From: Candidatus Kryptoniota bacterium
GTDB lineage: Bacteria; Bacteroidota; Ignavibacteria; Kryptoniales; JAKASW01
Assembly (NCBI GenBank): GCA_049278975.1
Contig: JBAPNE010000274.1
Location: 1 to 47,957 of the forward strand
Direction of reading: 5' to 3'
Length of the DNA stretch: 47,957 nt
The notes beneath the pieces were generated by a model. That model did not search any database, was not told the origin of the DNA, and worked only from the letters and a program-made list of their open reading frames with translations. The first letter of the stretch is position 1. Every line of letters starts with the position of its first letter. The translations under genes were made by a program, and so were the position numbers. Of the stretch, positions 27,589 through 37,365 are shown one piece after another.

Positions 27589-28923
27589 ATGTTGATAAGA
27601 AGTATTAATATCCTGACCCTCATTTTCTTGCTGGTGGTGACAACTTTTGCACAGCTAAATCTCCAAACGGGAAACTCGTTTCTAATAAATCCTATGTATG
27701 GGTTTTCCTATTGGATCGTAAACTCGTCGAACGACAGTGTAACCATCTCCTTCACTTATTCCGTTCCTTTTTCAAAAATTATTTTCACCAAACACGCGAG
27801 AAATTCCGCGAGCTTGGATGAAACATTCGATGCCGATTTAACTTTTTCAATAGACGCCGCTGATTCCGTCACGGGAATTAATTATCACAGTTTTCATCTA
27901 AAAAAATTTACAGCGGACAATTTTGATCTTACGCAAGATTCAAAAATGTTCGCTGAAGATGTTACTACAATGACTTTGCCGAAATCTGTGTTTAAAGTCG
28001 CAGCAGAATTAAGAGATGATGGTCAACAAATCACTTACCTGAGTGAAACAAAAAACGAAAATTTTGCCCGTGAAAAACTTACCGGCGTATTATCGACAAT
28101 CTTCCTTGATTCGCTCTCTGAAAAAAAACTTTACCCGAATTTTCACAATAATGTCGCGCGATTTCCGGGAACTGTGAACGCGGTATTTCTCACTGAAGAC
28201 ACAAGCCATACTCCCATCACGTTAGAACTTGAGACAAATGGACATGGCTCGACAACATCACCACAAAGTATTTTGATTTGTAAATTAGATTCTCTATTTC
28301 CGTTAAAAGCGGCGTTGCAGCCGGCGGAAGATTCAGTAGACGGATCTAGTAGCTCCATCTCCTTCGCCATGGTGCCAAGCTCAACACACTCCTTATACGT
28401 CACAAAGTTCGACGTTGACACGCTTCAAGAAGGGAATTACACAATCGCAGTTTCTCTAAAAGACAAATCTGACAAGGTGCGCTTTTCTTATCTCTGGCTC
28501 GACAAACCTTCCACGCTCAAAAACTTTCCGTTGGCTCTTTCACTTCTAAAATACATCGTTACCGACTCCGTCTTTTCGTATATAAGTTCCGGAAACAATG
28601 AAGAACAAAGAGAAAAGTTCAACGAATTCTGGACGTCACATAGCCCAACTACCAAGACAGCTTTCAACGAGCTTGAATACGAATTTTACGGGCGGGCAGA
28701 TTACGCTTATGAACATTTCAAAACAATCTCCGAAAATAACGGCTCTGCTACCGACCGTGGGAAAGCTTACATACTTTTCGGCAAGCCTGCTGAAGTTAAG
28801 CGCGAATTTCGAAGTGACGGCACCTATGAAATTTGGTATTACCCGAATCTGAAGAAGAGCCTCGTGTTTAGAAAGCAAGGCTTCGACGGCGATTTCAAGC
28901 TCTACCAAACTGAGAACCTATGA
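27589..28923 (+). CDS. Secreted GWxTD-domain protein (function unknown)
   Basis: The ORF track gives 27358..28923 from a TTG, but the first 77 codons look non-protein-like. The ATG at 27589 starts MLIRSINILTLIFLLVVTTFAQ. The C-terminus TDRGKAYILFGKPAEVKREFRSDGTYEIWYYPN fits the GWxTD-type domain as I remember it. Confidence 0.6.
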   Translation: MLIRSINILTLIFLLVVTTFAQLNLQTGNSFLINPMYGFSYWIVNSSNDSVTISFTYSVPFSKIIFTKHARNSASLDETFDADLTFSIDAADSVTGINYHSFHLKKFTADNFDLTQDSKMFAEDVTTMTLPKSVFKVAAELRDDGQQITYLSETKNENFAREKLTGVLSTIFLDSLSEKKLYPNFHNNVARFPGTVNAVFLTEDTSHTPITLELETNGHGSTTSPQSILICKLDSLFPLKAALQPAEDSVDGSSSSISFAMVPSSTHSLYVTKFDVDTLQEGNYTIAVSLKDKSDKVRFSYLWLDKPSTLKNFPLALSLLKYIVTDSVFSYISSGNNEEQREKFNEFWTSHSPTTKTAFNELEYEFYGRADYAYEHFKTISENNGSATDRGKAYILFGKPAEVKREFRSDGTYEIWYYPNLKKSLVFRKQGFDGDFKLYQTENL

Positions 28924-29921
28924 GCGTTGTTGCAATTACAATTGGTGACTACAACGGCATAGGTCCTGAAGTAGCGTTGAAGTCGGCAGCAAGCCGCACG
29001 ATTCGCTCGAACTGCACGCCACTTCTAATCGGCCCCCTCAAAGCGTTCGAATACTACACACACAAATTTTCATTTCGTAGAAAAGTTCTAAGAGTTAATT
29101 CACTCGCTGACGCAGTGGGAAGAAGCGAGATAACAATTCTCGACACTTGCCCGAACTTCAGCGATAAAATCAAACCCGGGAAGCTGACAAAAGAAAGCGG
29201 TTTCTGGGCCGGTAATGCAATCGAGAGAGCCGTTCAATTGTGTGTAGACGATCAGGCTGACGCGATTGTCACAGCGCCCGTATCAAAAGAATCGCTTAGG
29301 CTCGCCGGATATAATTATCCCGGGCAAACCGAAATGGTGACACAACTGTCACATTCAAAGCGTTCCATCATGATAATGGCGTCCGGGTTTGCAAGAATAG
29401 CTCTTGCCACAATTCATATCCCAATCTCAGACATTTCGCGCACATTGACGAAAGAAATAATTTGTGAACGGTTAGCGATCTTCGACGATTCAATCAGAAA
29501 AGATTTCGGAGTAAAATCCCCAAAGATCGCAGTGTTGGGATTGAATCCTCACGCCGGCGAGAACGGCTTGATTGGAAAAGAAGAAAACGAGCTGATAAAA
29601 CCCGCAATTCAAGAGGCCGCTTCAATGAAGATAAATGCAACCGGGCCTTTCCCTGCCGATGCATTCTTTGGAACTTATCGTGAGGGACTTTTTGACGGGA
29701 TATTCGCCATGTACCATGACCAGGGTTTGATTCCACTCAAGATGAAATCCTTCTGCACCGGAGTAAATTTTACTGCCGGCATCAACATTATCAGGACTTC
29801 CCCCGACCATGGAACAGCTTTCGACATTGCGGGGAAAGGAATTGCAAATCCATCCAGCACGATAGAAGCCATTAAGCTCGCGCTGAAGATATCCAAAAGC
29901 CGCAAGTCAGCAAGGGATTAA
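28920..29921 (+). CDS. pdxA: 4-hydroxythreonine-4-phosphate dehydrogenase
   Basis: 333 aa. ITIGDYNGIGPEV, NPHAGENG, MYHDQGLIPLK, TSPDHGTAFDIAGKGIANP. ATGA overlap with the upstream stop. Confidence 0.9.
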   Translation: MSVVAITIGDYNGIGPEVALKSAASRTIRSNCTPLLIGPLKAFEYYTHKFSFRRKVLRVNSLADAVGRSEITILDTCPNFSDKIKPGKLTKESGFWAGNAIERAVQLCVDDQADAIVTAPVSKESLRLAGYNYPGQTEMVTQLSHSKRSIMIMASGFARIALATIHIPISDISRTLTKEIICERLAIFDDSIRKDFGVKSPKIAVLGLNPHAGENGLIGKEENELIKPAIQEAASMKINATGPFPADAFFGTYREGLFDGIFAMYHDQGLIPLKMKSFCTGVNFTAGINIIRTSPDHGTAFDIAGKGIANPSSTIEAIKLALKISKSRKSARD

Positions 29922-29929
29922 TTCTGCGA

Positions 29930-30775
29930 GTGCGAAAACATTCTTTCCGACTTCATCACGAAGACTTATTCGAATTAGAAGCCGAGGCCGTGCCACCATA
30001 TACTGAATCCGCAGCTATCTATGACCATATGATGAGAGAGGTGGACTATAAAAGTTGGGCAAAATATATAATGATGCTGATGAAACTTGCCGGCGTCGAG
30101 ACTCGCCGATCGAAAATCAAGGGACAGCGGCTGTGTGAATTTGCCTGTGGAACGGGCAATCTTTCACTTATTCTACATAAATTCGGCTACGATATTACTG
30201 GAATTGATAATTCCAAACGGATGCTTTTACAAGCGCAATCAAAAATCCGACACGTCGGCCATTCACTGAAACGCAGTGCTCAATTCATAAATCACGACAT
30301 GCTGACTTATCGTTCACCGAAGCAATTCGATGCCATGGTGTGTGTTTACGACAGCATCAACTATGTATCGGATAAAGATTCAGTCAAGAAATTCTTAGGA
30401 AATGCGTTTTCGAACTTGAAACCGGGCGGCGTATTCATTTTAGACGCAAGCCTTGAATCAAATTCACTTAACGACCCATCTTTGTTTATTCAACGCGGCA
30501 GATGCGGAGGGATTCATTATCAACGACGCTCCCTTTACGATCGGAAAACGAAAACTCACACGACACAAATCAGAATAAAAAGAGAAGGGAAATTATTCGA
30601 AGAAGTTCATCAAGAACATATCTTCACGCTCGACACACTTCACAAACTTGCGGCAGGCAAAGGATTCATCGAAAAATTTGCCGCCGGTGATTTTACTATG
30701 CTCGAAGCCGATGACAGTTCGGAAAGAGTTCATTTTGTTTTGGTGAAACCCAGGATAATTGAAAGACATGATTAA
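29930..30775 (+). CDS. Class I SAM-dependent methyltransferase
   Basis: 281 aa. Motif I LCEFACGTGNLSL. Post-I DITGIDNS. VCVYDSINY. The start (GTG at 29930) is uncertain. Confidence 0.75.
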   Translation: MRKHSFRLHHEDLFELEAEAVPPYTESAAIYDHMMREVDYKSWAKYIMMLMKLAGVETRRSKIKGQRLCEFACGTGNLSLILHKFGYDITGIDNSKRMLLQAQSKIRHVGHSLKRSAQFINHDMLTYRSPKQFDAMVCVYDSINYVSDKDSVKKFLGNAFSNLKPGGVFILDASLESNSLNDPSLFIQRGRCGGIHYQRRSLYDRKTKTHTTQIRIKREGKLFEEVHQEHIFTLDTLHKLAAGKGFIEKFAAGDFTMLEADDSSERVHFVLVKPRIIERHD

Positions 30776-31436
30776 TTGCACAAATGTTGGATTCGCATAC
30801 GATGAGCATCTAATTTTTTCGGATGTCAGCCTAACCGTATCTAAAGGCGAATTTGCCTACATAGTCGGTGAGACAGGCTGCGGCAAGACAACTCTTATGC
30901 GATTGCTATACATGGATCTTGTTCCAACTGCTGGGGTTGTCAATGTTGACTCATTCTCGTCGAAGTCAATCAAGAGAAGAAAACTTTATCGTCTCAGAAG
31001 AAAATTAGGCATAATATTTCAAGACTATAAATTATTGGACGACAGGTCGGTTTATGACAACGTCACGTTTGTATTGCAAGCTGTCGGTTATTCGACTCGC
31101 GACATGAAGATGCAGGCGACGCACGCCCTGACTCAAGTCGGATTAATACATAGGAAAAATTCTCCGGTTGGCGAACTTTCGGGCGGCGAGCAACAAAGAT
31201 TGTCCATCGCGCGAGCTATCGTCAAAGACCCTGTCGCGATTCTTGCCGACGAGCCGACAGGAAATCTCGATCCTGTTACGTCGGCGGATATTTTGACTTT
31301 GCTCAAGAAAATTAATTTGGGAGGAACAACGGTTTTGCTTGCAACTCATAATTACGAGCTGATCAGAAAGTTCCCTGCCCGAACCATCATGATAAAAAAT
31401 TATTGCTGTGAAGAGATAGACCCAACGAAGCTTTGA
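30768..31436 (+). CDS. ftsE: Cell-division ABC ATPase FtsE-like
   Basis: The ORF track starts at a TTG at 30759; the ATG at 30768 overlaps the upstream stop. Walker [19 protein letters not shown], signature [14 protein letters not shown], Walker [12 protein letters not shown]. The roughly 222-aa size is typical of FtsE. Confidence 0.8.
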   Translation: MINCTNVGFAYDEHLIFSDVSLTVSKGEFAYIVGETGCGKTTLMRLLYMDLVPTAGVVNVDSFSSKSIKRRKLYRLRRKLGIIFQDYKLLDDRSVYDNVTFVLQAVGYSTRDMKMQATHALTQVGLIHRKNSPVGELSGGEQQRLSIARAIVKDPVAILADEPTGNLDPVTSADILTLLKKINLGGTTVLLATHNYELIRKFPARTIMIKNYCCEEIDPTKL

Positions 31437-31447
31437 TGGTGTGCCGC

Positions 31448-31696
31448 TTATCCTGCGGCAAGTTCTACCCTTTTCACTTCTTCCACTTTCAGCATTACAG
31501 CCCTCTCAACTCCTGCCCTGAGCGTCATCGGCTTTAGCGGACAAAGCGCGCATGAACCGGCAAACTTTACTCTTAAAATGCCATCTTGTTCAAGCTCGAC
31601 GAACTCCACACTTCCGCTGTCAATCGACAAAAACTTGTTCGCTTCAACAAGTATTCTTTTTATTTGTTCAATAATTTCTTCTTGAGAGTCCATCAT
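31448..31696 (-). CDS. NifU C-terminal-domain (Nfu-type) Fe-S cluster protein
   Basis: 82 aa. DSGSVEFVELEQDGILRVKFAGSCALCP is the characteristic DGG..ELV......V.V.L.G.C..C layout. Confidence 0.75.
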   Translation of the reverse strand: MMDSQEEIIEQIKRILVEANKFLSIDSGSVEFVELEQDGILRVKFAGSCALCPLKPMTLRAGVERAVMLKVEEVKRVELAAG

Positions 31697-31740
31697 ACCA
31701 CTTTGTGCCTTTGTAAACTTGTGCCATTTTAATTATTCCA

Positions 31741-32874
31741 TTACAATGCTATTTCTATCTTCTGTTTCCCATCGTCCGAAAGATTCGTTATACTTATCTG
31801 CGCTGCAAGCCGTCTCGCGACAGATTGAATTATCTGTGCTTGCTCCGATTCCGGTTCCATTATGACGATCGGCCTTCCGGTATCGCCGCCGATTCTGATC
31901 TGGGTGTAAATCGGAATTTCTCCGAGAAACGGAACTCCAAATCTCTCCGCAGTAGTTTTTCCACCGCCGTGGCTGAAAATCTCTTCACGTTGACCGCAAT
32001 GCGAACAGACGAAGTAGCTCATATTTTCAATCACGCCGAAAATCGGAACATTTACCTTTTGAAACATTCGGATGCCGCGCCTCACATCAGCAAGAGAAAC
32101 ATCCTGGGGCGTTGTAACAATTACAGCGCCGGTTAAAGGTATCGTTTGCACAAGCGTTAGTTGAACATCGCCGGTCCCGGGCGGCAAATCGAAAATCATG
32201 TAATCCAAATCTTTCCATATAACATCCGTCAGGAACTGTTTCACCGCGCCGCTCGCCATCGGTCCGCGCCAGATCATGGGCGTTTCAGTATCGACAAGAA
32301 AACCGATCGACATCATTTTTATTCCGAACTTTTCCACCGGATAAATCTTAAAATGCTTTTCGTCAATCTGTTCGGTTTCCGGCTTCTCCGTGACACCAAG
32401 CATTAACGGCAGCGACGGCCCATAGACATCGGCATCCACAATTCCGACCTTCGCACCGTCTTTCGCGAGAGCCGCTGCTAAGTTTACTGCAACGGTTGAT
32501 TTGCCAACTCCTCCCTTTCCGCTTGCAACCGCTATCGTGTTTTTAACACCTGGAAGCACCTGTTCTCTGATTTGGTTCGCGTGGCTTACAACCTGGCTCG
32601 TCATCACGACGTTTACTTCTCCATTGAAACCAAATTTTCTTAATTCATCAACAGCTTGCGATTTCATTTCATCGCGCACCGGGCATGCCGGAGTTGTTAA
32701 TTGAATTTCTATATTAACTTTGCTGTCCGTTACTTCAACTTTTTTTACAAACCCGAGAGAAACTATATCTCTGTGAAGGTCCGGGTCTTTTATATTTGAA
32801 AGTACCTTTATTATTTCATCACGCGTCATTAATTTCTCCATCAAAAGGGTAGGTAAATTACAACCTGACTCCAT
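31741..32874 (-). CDS. apbC: Mrp/ApbC/NBP35 family Fe-S cluster carrier ATPase with N-terminal DUF59/MIP18 domain
   Basis: 377 aa. Deviant Walker A ASGKGGVGKST, MSYFVCSHCG, and an N-terminal DPDLHRDIVSLGFV domain. A better start may be the ATG at 32829, which is preceded by ggag. Confidence 0.9.
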   Translation of the reverse strand: MESGCNLPTLLMEKLMTRDEIIKVLSNIKDPDLHRDIVSLGFVKKVEVTDSKVNIEIQLTTPACPVRDEMKSQAVDELRKFGFNGEVNVVMTSQVVSHANQIREQVLPGVKNTIAVASGKGGVGKSTVAVNLAAALAKDGAKVGIVDADVYGPSLPLMLGVTEKPETEQIDEKHFKIYPVEKFGIKMMSIGFLVDTETPMIWRGPMASGAVKQFLTDVIWKDLDYMIFDLPPGTGDVQLTLVQTIPLTGAVIVTTPQDVSLADVRRGIRMFQKVNVPIFGVIENMSYFVCSHCGQREEIFSHGGGKTTAERFGVPFLGEIPIYTQIRIGGDTGRPIVIMEPESEQAQIIQSVARRLAAQISITNLSDDGKQKIEIAL

Positions 32875-32910
32875 TTATTTCAATGAAAGATGTGGCAATG
32901 GACAAGGAAT

Positions 32911-32940
32911 AAAACCAAATCGCTCGCGCAGCCAGCGAGC
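32911..32940 (-). terminator. Rho-independent terminator candidate after the acyl-CoA dehydrogenase gene
   Basis: gctcgc (32922-32927) / gcgagc (32935-32940) stem. On the minus strand it is followed by atttggtttta. It lies 20 nt after the stop codon at 32961. Confidence 0.5.
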
Positions 32941-32960
32941 ATGCAACCGCTTTCTTCATG

Positions 32961-34103
32961 TTAGAGATTCAAAATGTTTCTTGCGATGACCATCTTCTGA
33001 ACTTCGCTCGTACCCTCTCCAATTGTCAACAGTTTAACATCGCGATAAAATTTTTCGACAGGAAAATCTTTTATAAAACCGTAGCCACCATGGATTTGAA
33101 CTGCTTCTTCCGCACACTTCACCGCTATCTCGCTTGCAAAATATTTTGCCGTCGCAGCAGCAAGCGCAATTTTCCTGCCATGGTCTTTCAAGTAAGCTGC
33201 TTTATATGTCATCAGTCGCGCCGCTTCTATCTTGGTCGCCGCCTCAGAAATTTTCCATTGAATTGCTTGGAATTCTCCAAGCGGTTTGCCGAATTGAGTT
33301 CGTTCCCTCGCATACTTCACGCTTGCATCGAGCGCGCCCTGCGCAAGCCCGACAGCAAGCGCGGCGATTCCAATTCTGCCGGCATCCAACACTTGCAATG
33401 CCTGTTTCAATCCTTCGCCTTCGTTGCCTATTAGATTTTCCTTGGGAACCCTCACGTCCTGAAAAATCATTGTGGATGTGTCACTTGCCCGCATTCCAAG
33501 TTTATTTTCTTTTCTGCCGACTGAAAATCCAGGTATTCCCTTTTCAATAACGAAAGCGCTGATCCCATTTTTGCCCTTTGATGGATCCGTGAGTGCCATC
33601 ACCACTGCAATTCCACCCACGGAGCCATGTGTCGTGAACTGTTTTGTGCCATTCAACACAAAAAATCCTTCCTCGCGGCGAGCGGTCGTTCGAATCGAAG
33701 CCGAGTCGCTGCCGCTTGTCGGCTCAGTCAATCCCCAAGCCCCGATCTTTTTGCCGGAAGTTAAATCGGGCAAATATTTTTGTTTGAGTTCTTCGCGCGC
33801 AAAATTGTAGATGTGACTGGTACAAAGGCCGTTGTGCGCGGCTACCGACAATCCAATGGACGGATCAACTTTTGATATTTCCTCTATGATGGAGCAATAG
33901 TCGACGTAGCTAAGACCGGCGCCTCCGTACTTTTCCGGAATGGTGACACCCATGAAACCAAGTTCACCGATTCTGTGCATTATCTCAAATGGGAACTCTT
34001 GCGCCTCATCGTATTTCATCACCAGTGGTTTTATTTCCGCTTGAGCGAAATCACGCGCAAGTCTGCGCACCTGCTCATTTTCGGCACTAAGTTTTAACTC
34101 CAT
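32961..34103 (-). CDS. Acyl-CoA dehydrogenase (short/medium-chain, butyryl-CoA dehydrogenase-like)
   Basis: 380 aa. GAWGLTEPTSGSD, QIHGGYGF, and C-terminal IGEGTSEVQKMVIARNIL. Confidence 0.9.
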   Translation of the reverse strand: MELKLSAENEQVRRLARDFAQAEIKPLVMKYDEAQEFPFEIMHRIGELGFMGVTIPEKYGGAGLSYVDYCSIIEEISKVDPSIGLSVAAHNGLCTSHIYNFAREELKQKYLPDLTSGKKIGAWGLTEPTSGSDSASIRTTARREEGFFVLNGTKQFTTHGSVGGIAVVMALTDPSKGKNGISAFVIEKGIPGFSVGRKENKLGMRASDTSTMIFQDVRVPKENLIGNEGEGLKQALQVLDAGRIGIAALAVGLAQGALDASVKYARERTQFGKPLGEFQAIQWKISEAATKIEAARLMTYKAAYLKDHGRKIALAAATAKYFASEIAVKCAEEAVQIHGGYGFIKDFPVEKFYRDVKLLTIGEGTSEVQKMVIARNILNL

Positions 34104-34138
34104 GGCACAACCTTTAGCTAATGGCGAACCACTAAAAT

Positions 34139-35098
34139 CTATCTGTAACTTATTATTTCTTCTGCAAGTCGAACCGCAGACAACTTATTTGACAAGACAA
34201 GCTCCGACCTTTCTTCCAATTTCAAGAGCAGCTCCTCCGTCCAGAAATTTCCATGCAATCTCTCTTCGACAATTTCAAAAATCATTTTTTTTATTCGCTC
34301 TTTACGCTTCTTCAAAAGTTTATCGGTTTTTGACAAATACTCGTTGTGCCGCTCAATTCCTTTAACAACTTCATCAATCCCGCGATTCTCACTAGCCACA
34401 GTCTTAACAATAAACGGAACCCATCCGTTCACATCTGTACCAGTTTCACCTAAATGAGATGAAATCTGGAGAATCGTCGAAATTGCATGATACGATTGGT
34501 CAACGCCGGGACGATCCGCTTTGTTGAGTACGAAGAAATCAGCTATTTCCATCAAACCGGCTTTCATTGCTTGAATCGAATCCCCGGATTCCGGCGTAAG
34601 CACAACAATAGTCGTGTCGGCAGCCTCAACGATGTCAAGCTCCGATTGTCCTACTCCGACAGTCTCAAGCAAAACGTAGTCAAAGCCTGCGGCATCTAGA
34701 ACATCTGCCGCCTGCTGAGAAGTTTTGCTGAGACCTCCGAGACTGCCGCGAGTTGCCATGCTCCTTATAAAAATTCCATCTCGTGAACTCAGATCCATCA
34801 TCCTGACTCGATCACCAAGCAATGCTCCACCGGTGAAAGGACTCGTCGGATCAACAGCAATTATCCCAACTGTTTTATTTTTATCGTTAAGTTCTCGTGC
34901 AAGCTTGCTGACTATTGTGCTCTTCCCTGCGCCTGGCGGCCCGGTGATCCCAACTCTGTAAGCGCGACCGAATCTTTTGTGAATTTTTTCGATTAAGTCT
35001 AGAGAAAATTTATCCTGTTTTTCTACAATCGAAATAGCTCGTGCTACCGATTGCTTATCAGCAATAAACAGCTTTTCGATAAAAACATCGTCAATCAT
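34139..35098 (-). CDS. meaB: Methylmalonyl-CoA mutase-associated G-protein chaperone (MeaB/ArgK family)
   Basis: P-loop GPPGAGKST, ETVGVGQSE, VLNKADR. The ORF track start at 35134 overlaps galE by 37 nt. The ATG at 35098 gives a TGATG junction with the galE stop. Confidence 0.85.
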   Translation of the reverse strand: MIDDVFIEKLFIADKQSVARAISIVEKQDKFSLDLIEKIHKRFGRAYRVGITGPPGAGKSTIVSKLARELNDKNKTVGIIAVDPTSPFTGGALLGDRVRMMDLSSRDGIFIRSMATRGSLGGLSKTSQQAADVLDAAGFDYVLLETVGVGQSELDIVEAADTTIVVLTPESGDSIQAMKAGLMEIADFFVLNKADRPGVDQSYHAISTILQISSHLGETGTDVNGWVPFIVKTVASENRGIDEVVKGIERHNEYLSKTDKLLKKRKERIKKMIFEIVEERLHGNFWTEELLLKLEERSELVLSNKLSAVRLAEEIISYR

Positions 35099-36069
35099 CA
35101 GTCTGGGTAGCCATTTGGATATCTTTTGTGCCACGACCAGGCTGTAGCGACAATGTCATCGAGTTTCGAATACTTCGGTTGCCAACCCAGATCGCGGATC
35201 GCCTTTTCAGCAGATGCAATCAATCTTGGTGGATCGCCTTCGCGCCGGGGCTTTTCAATCGTTGGAATTTTATTGCCGACAATGTCTTCGCAGGTTTGAA
35301 TAACCTGCCGGACAGAATATCCATCGCCATTACCGAGGTTGTAGAAACCATTTTTGCCTGGTTCAAGTCCGAGCATGTGGGCATTAGCAAGATCTATGAT
35401 GTGGATATAATCCCGAACGCACGTGCCATCTGGAGTTGGATAATCGGTGCCGAAAATTTCACAACGCGGCATTTGTCCAAGAGCGACTTTGAGCACATTT
35501 GGAATGAGGTGAGTTTCATTACGGTGGTGTTCGCCATAATTCTTGCTAGCTCCAGCGGCATTGAAATATCTGAACGCAATAAACTCCAACCCATAAATTT
35601 GATGATACCACTGAAGAATTTTCTCGAATATCAACTTTGACTCCCCATACGGATTGATCGGGCGCTGTGGTAAATCTTCAGTCATTGGGACGTTATCCGG
35701 CGGGCCATAAGTTGCACACGTAGAACTAAAGACGAATTTTTTAACACCACATTCCACTGCTGCATCCAGCAGCTTGATGCCATTAACTACATTGTTGTGA
35801 AAATATTTTTTCGGATTTGTCATCGATTCACCCACTAACGCGTTGGCAGCAAAATGCATGATGGCATCCGGCTGAAGCGATTTAACAGCGTTAAGAATAT
35901 CATGCGGCTCTTCCGGCTTCCCAAGTATAAACTCCGCGCGTGAATCAACTGCCGATAGATGACCTTCGGATAGATTATCATAAATTGCAACCCGGTGACC
36001 GTTGTTAAGTACCTCTTCCGCGCAAATAGATCCGATATAACCGGCGCCACCTGTCACAAGAATTTTCAT
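35098..36069 (-). CDS. galE: UDP-glucose 4-epimerase
   Basis: 323 aa. MKILVTGGAGYIGS, the YGESK catalytic motif, and a typical length. Confidence 0.9.
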   Translation of the reverse strand: MKILVTGGAGYIGSICAEEVLNNGHRVAIYDNLSEGHLSAVDSRAEFILGKPEEPHDILNAVKSLQPDAIMHFAANALVGESMTNPKKYFHNNVVNGIKLLDAAVECGVKKFVFSSTCATYGPPDNVPMTEDLPQRPINPYGESKLIFEKILQWYHQIYGLEFIAFRYFNAAGASKNYGEHHRNETHLIPNVLKVALGQMPRCEIFGTDYPTPDGTCVRDYIHIIDLANAHMLGLEPGKNGFYNLGNGDGYSVRQVIQTCEDIVGNKIPTIEKPRREGDPPRLIASAEKAIRDLGWQPKYSKLDDIVATAWSWHKRYPNGYPD

Positions 36070-36078
36070 TAAGAATCT

Positions 36079-37365
36079 CTATTTTTTTCTTTCAAATTCG
36101 ATGGCGCTTTTTGCAATGTCATGACGAAAGTAAATTCCATCGAAATTCACTTTACTTAAACGTTCATATGCCAGTCCGGCAGCGGCGGAAACTTTCCCCT
36201 TTCGGTCAACGCCTGTAACACCAAAGACCCTGCCACCAGACGTGACACATTGACCGTCAACTTTTCTTGAACCTGAATGAAACACTTTCGTCCCCGCAAT
36301 TTCGTTCTCTAAACCAGTAATCACTTTCCCGACTTCATATTCATCCGGATAGCCTTTAGATGATGCGACGACGCAGACTGCGGCGGCATTGTTCAATCGC
36401 AGCTTGTATGAGCCGATTGTTTTAGCGGCGGATGAATACAAAAGATCTGTGATCGAAGAATCAACAAGTTGAAGGACGGCTTGAGTTTCCGGATCGCCGA
36501 ACCTTGCATTAAATTCAACGACCTTCGGACCTTCACTAGTCAACATCATACCACAATACAAGCATCCCCTAAAAGGGAATCCCTCGGCGTTCGTCCCTTC
36601 CAATACTTTCTCAATAGCCTCAGTTTTTATTCTTCGCAACTCGTTATCACCGACAAATGGTGTCGGCGCGAATGACCCCATACCGCCGGTATTTTTTCCC
36701 GTGTCACTATCACCGATTCGTTTATGATCCTGAGCAGATGGAAGTACGACGTAATCTTTCCCATCCGTTATCGCAAAAACCGATGCCTCCTTCCCTGTCA
36801 TGAATTCCTCAACGACAATCTTCTCTCCGGATTTTCCGAAGATTTTTTTCACGAAAAATTTTTCGACTTCAATCTTTGCCTCGTCAAGCGAATTAACAAT
36901 CGAAACCCCTTTGCCCGCCGCAAGTCCGTCGGCTTTCAGCACCACCGGATAACAACATTTCTTTAAATATTCTACAAGATCACGATCCTCATTTTCAGAA
37001 AATGTTTTCGACTCTGCAGTCGGAATCTTCCACCGCTTCATAAATTCCTTTGCAAAAACTTTGCTTGTCTCGAGTCGGGCAGCAAGTTTTGACGGACCGA
37101 ATATTTTCTTACCACGGCTTTCGAATATGTCCGCGATTCCTTCGTCAAGCGGCTGTTCTGGACCGACAACCGCAAGATCGATTCTATTATCTTCCACGAA
37201 ATTTAGCAAAGAAGAAATATCGCCGACCTTAATACTGACTATTTCCGCCTGCTGGGAAATTCCCGCGTTGCCGGGTGCACAAAATATTTTTGCATCATGG
37301 TCACGCGATATTGCGTCAACAAGCGCGTGCTCTCGCCCTCCGCCCCCGACCACGAGTATTTTCAT
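36079..37365 (-). CDS. purD: Phosphoribosylamine-glycine ligase
   Basis: 428 aa. MKILVVGGGGREHAL, an ATP-grasp core, and EFNARFGDPE. Confidence 0.92.
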   Translation of the reverse strand: MKILVVGGGGREHALVDAISRDHDAKIFCAPGNAGISQQAEIVSIKVGDISSLLNFVEDNRIDLAVVGPEQPLDEGIADIFESRGKKIFGPSKLAARLETSKVFAKEFMKRWKIPTAESKTFSENEDRDLVEYLKKCCYPVVLKADGLAAGKGVSIVNSLDEAKIEVEKFFVKKIFGKSGEKIVVEEFMTGKEASVFAITDGKDYVVLPSAQDHKRIGDSDTGKNTGGMGSFAPTPFVGDNELRRIKTEAIEKVLEGTNAEGFPFRGCLYCGMMLTSEGPKVVEFNARFGDPETQAVLQLVDSSITDLLYSSAAKTIGSYKLRLNNAAAVCVVASSKGYPDEYEVGKVITGLENEIAGTKVFHSGSRKVDGQCVTSGGRVFGVTGVDRKGKVSAAAGLAYERLSKVNFDGIYFRHDIAKSAIEFERKK

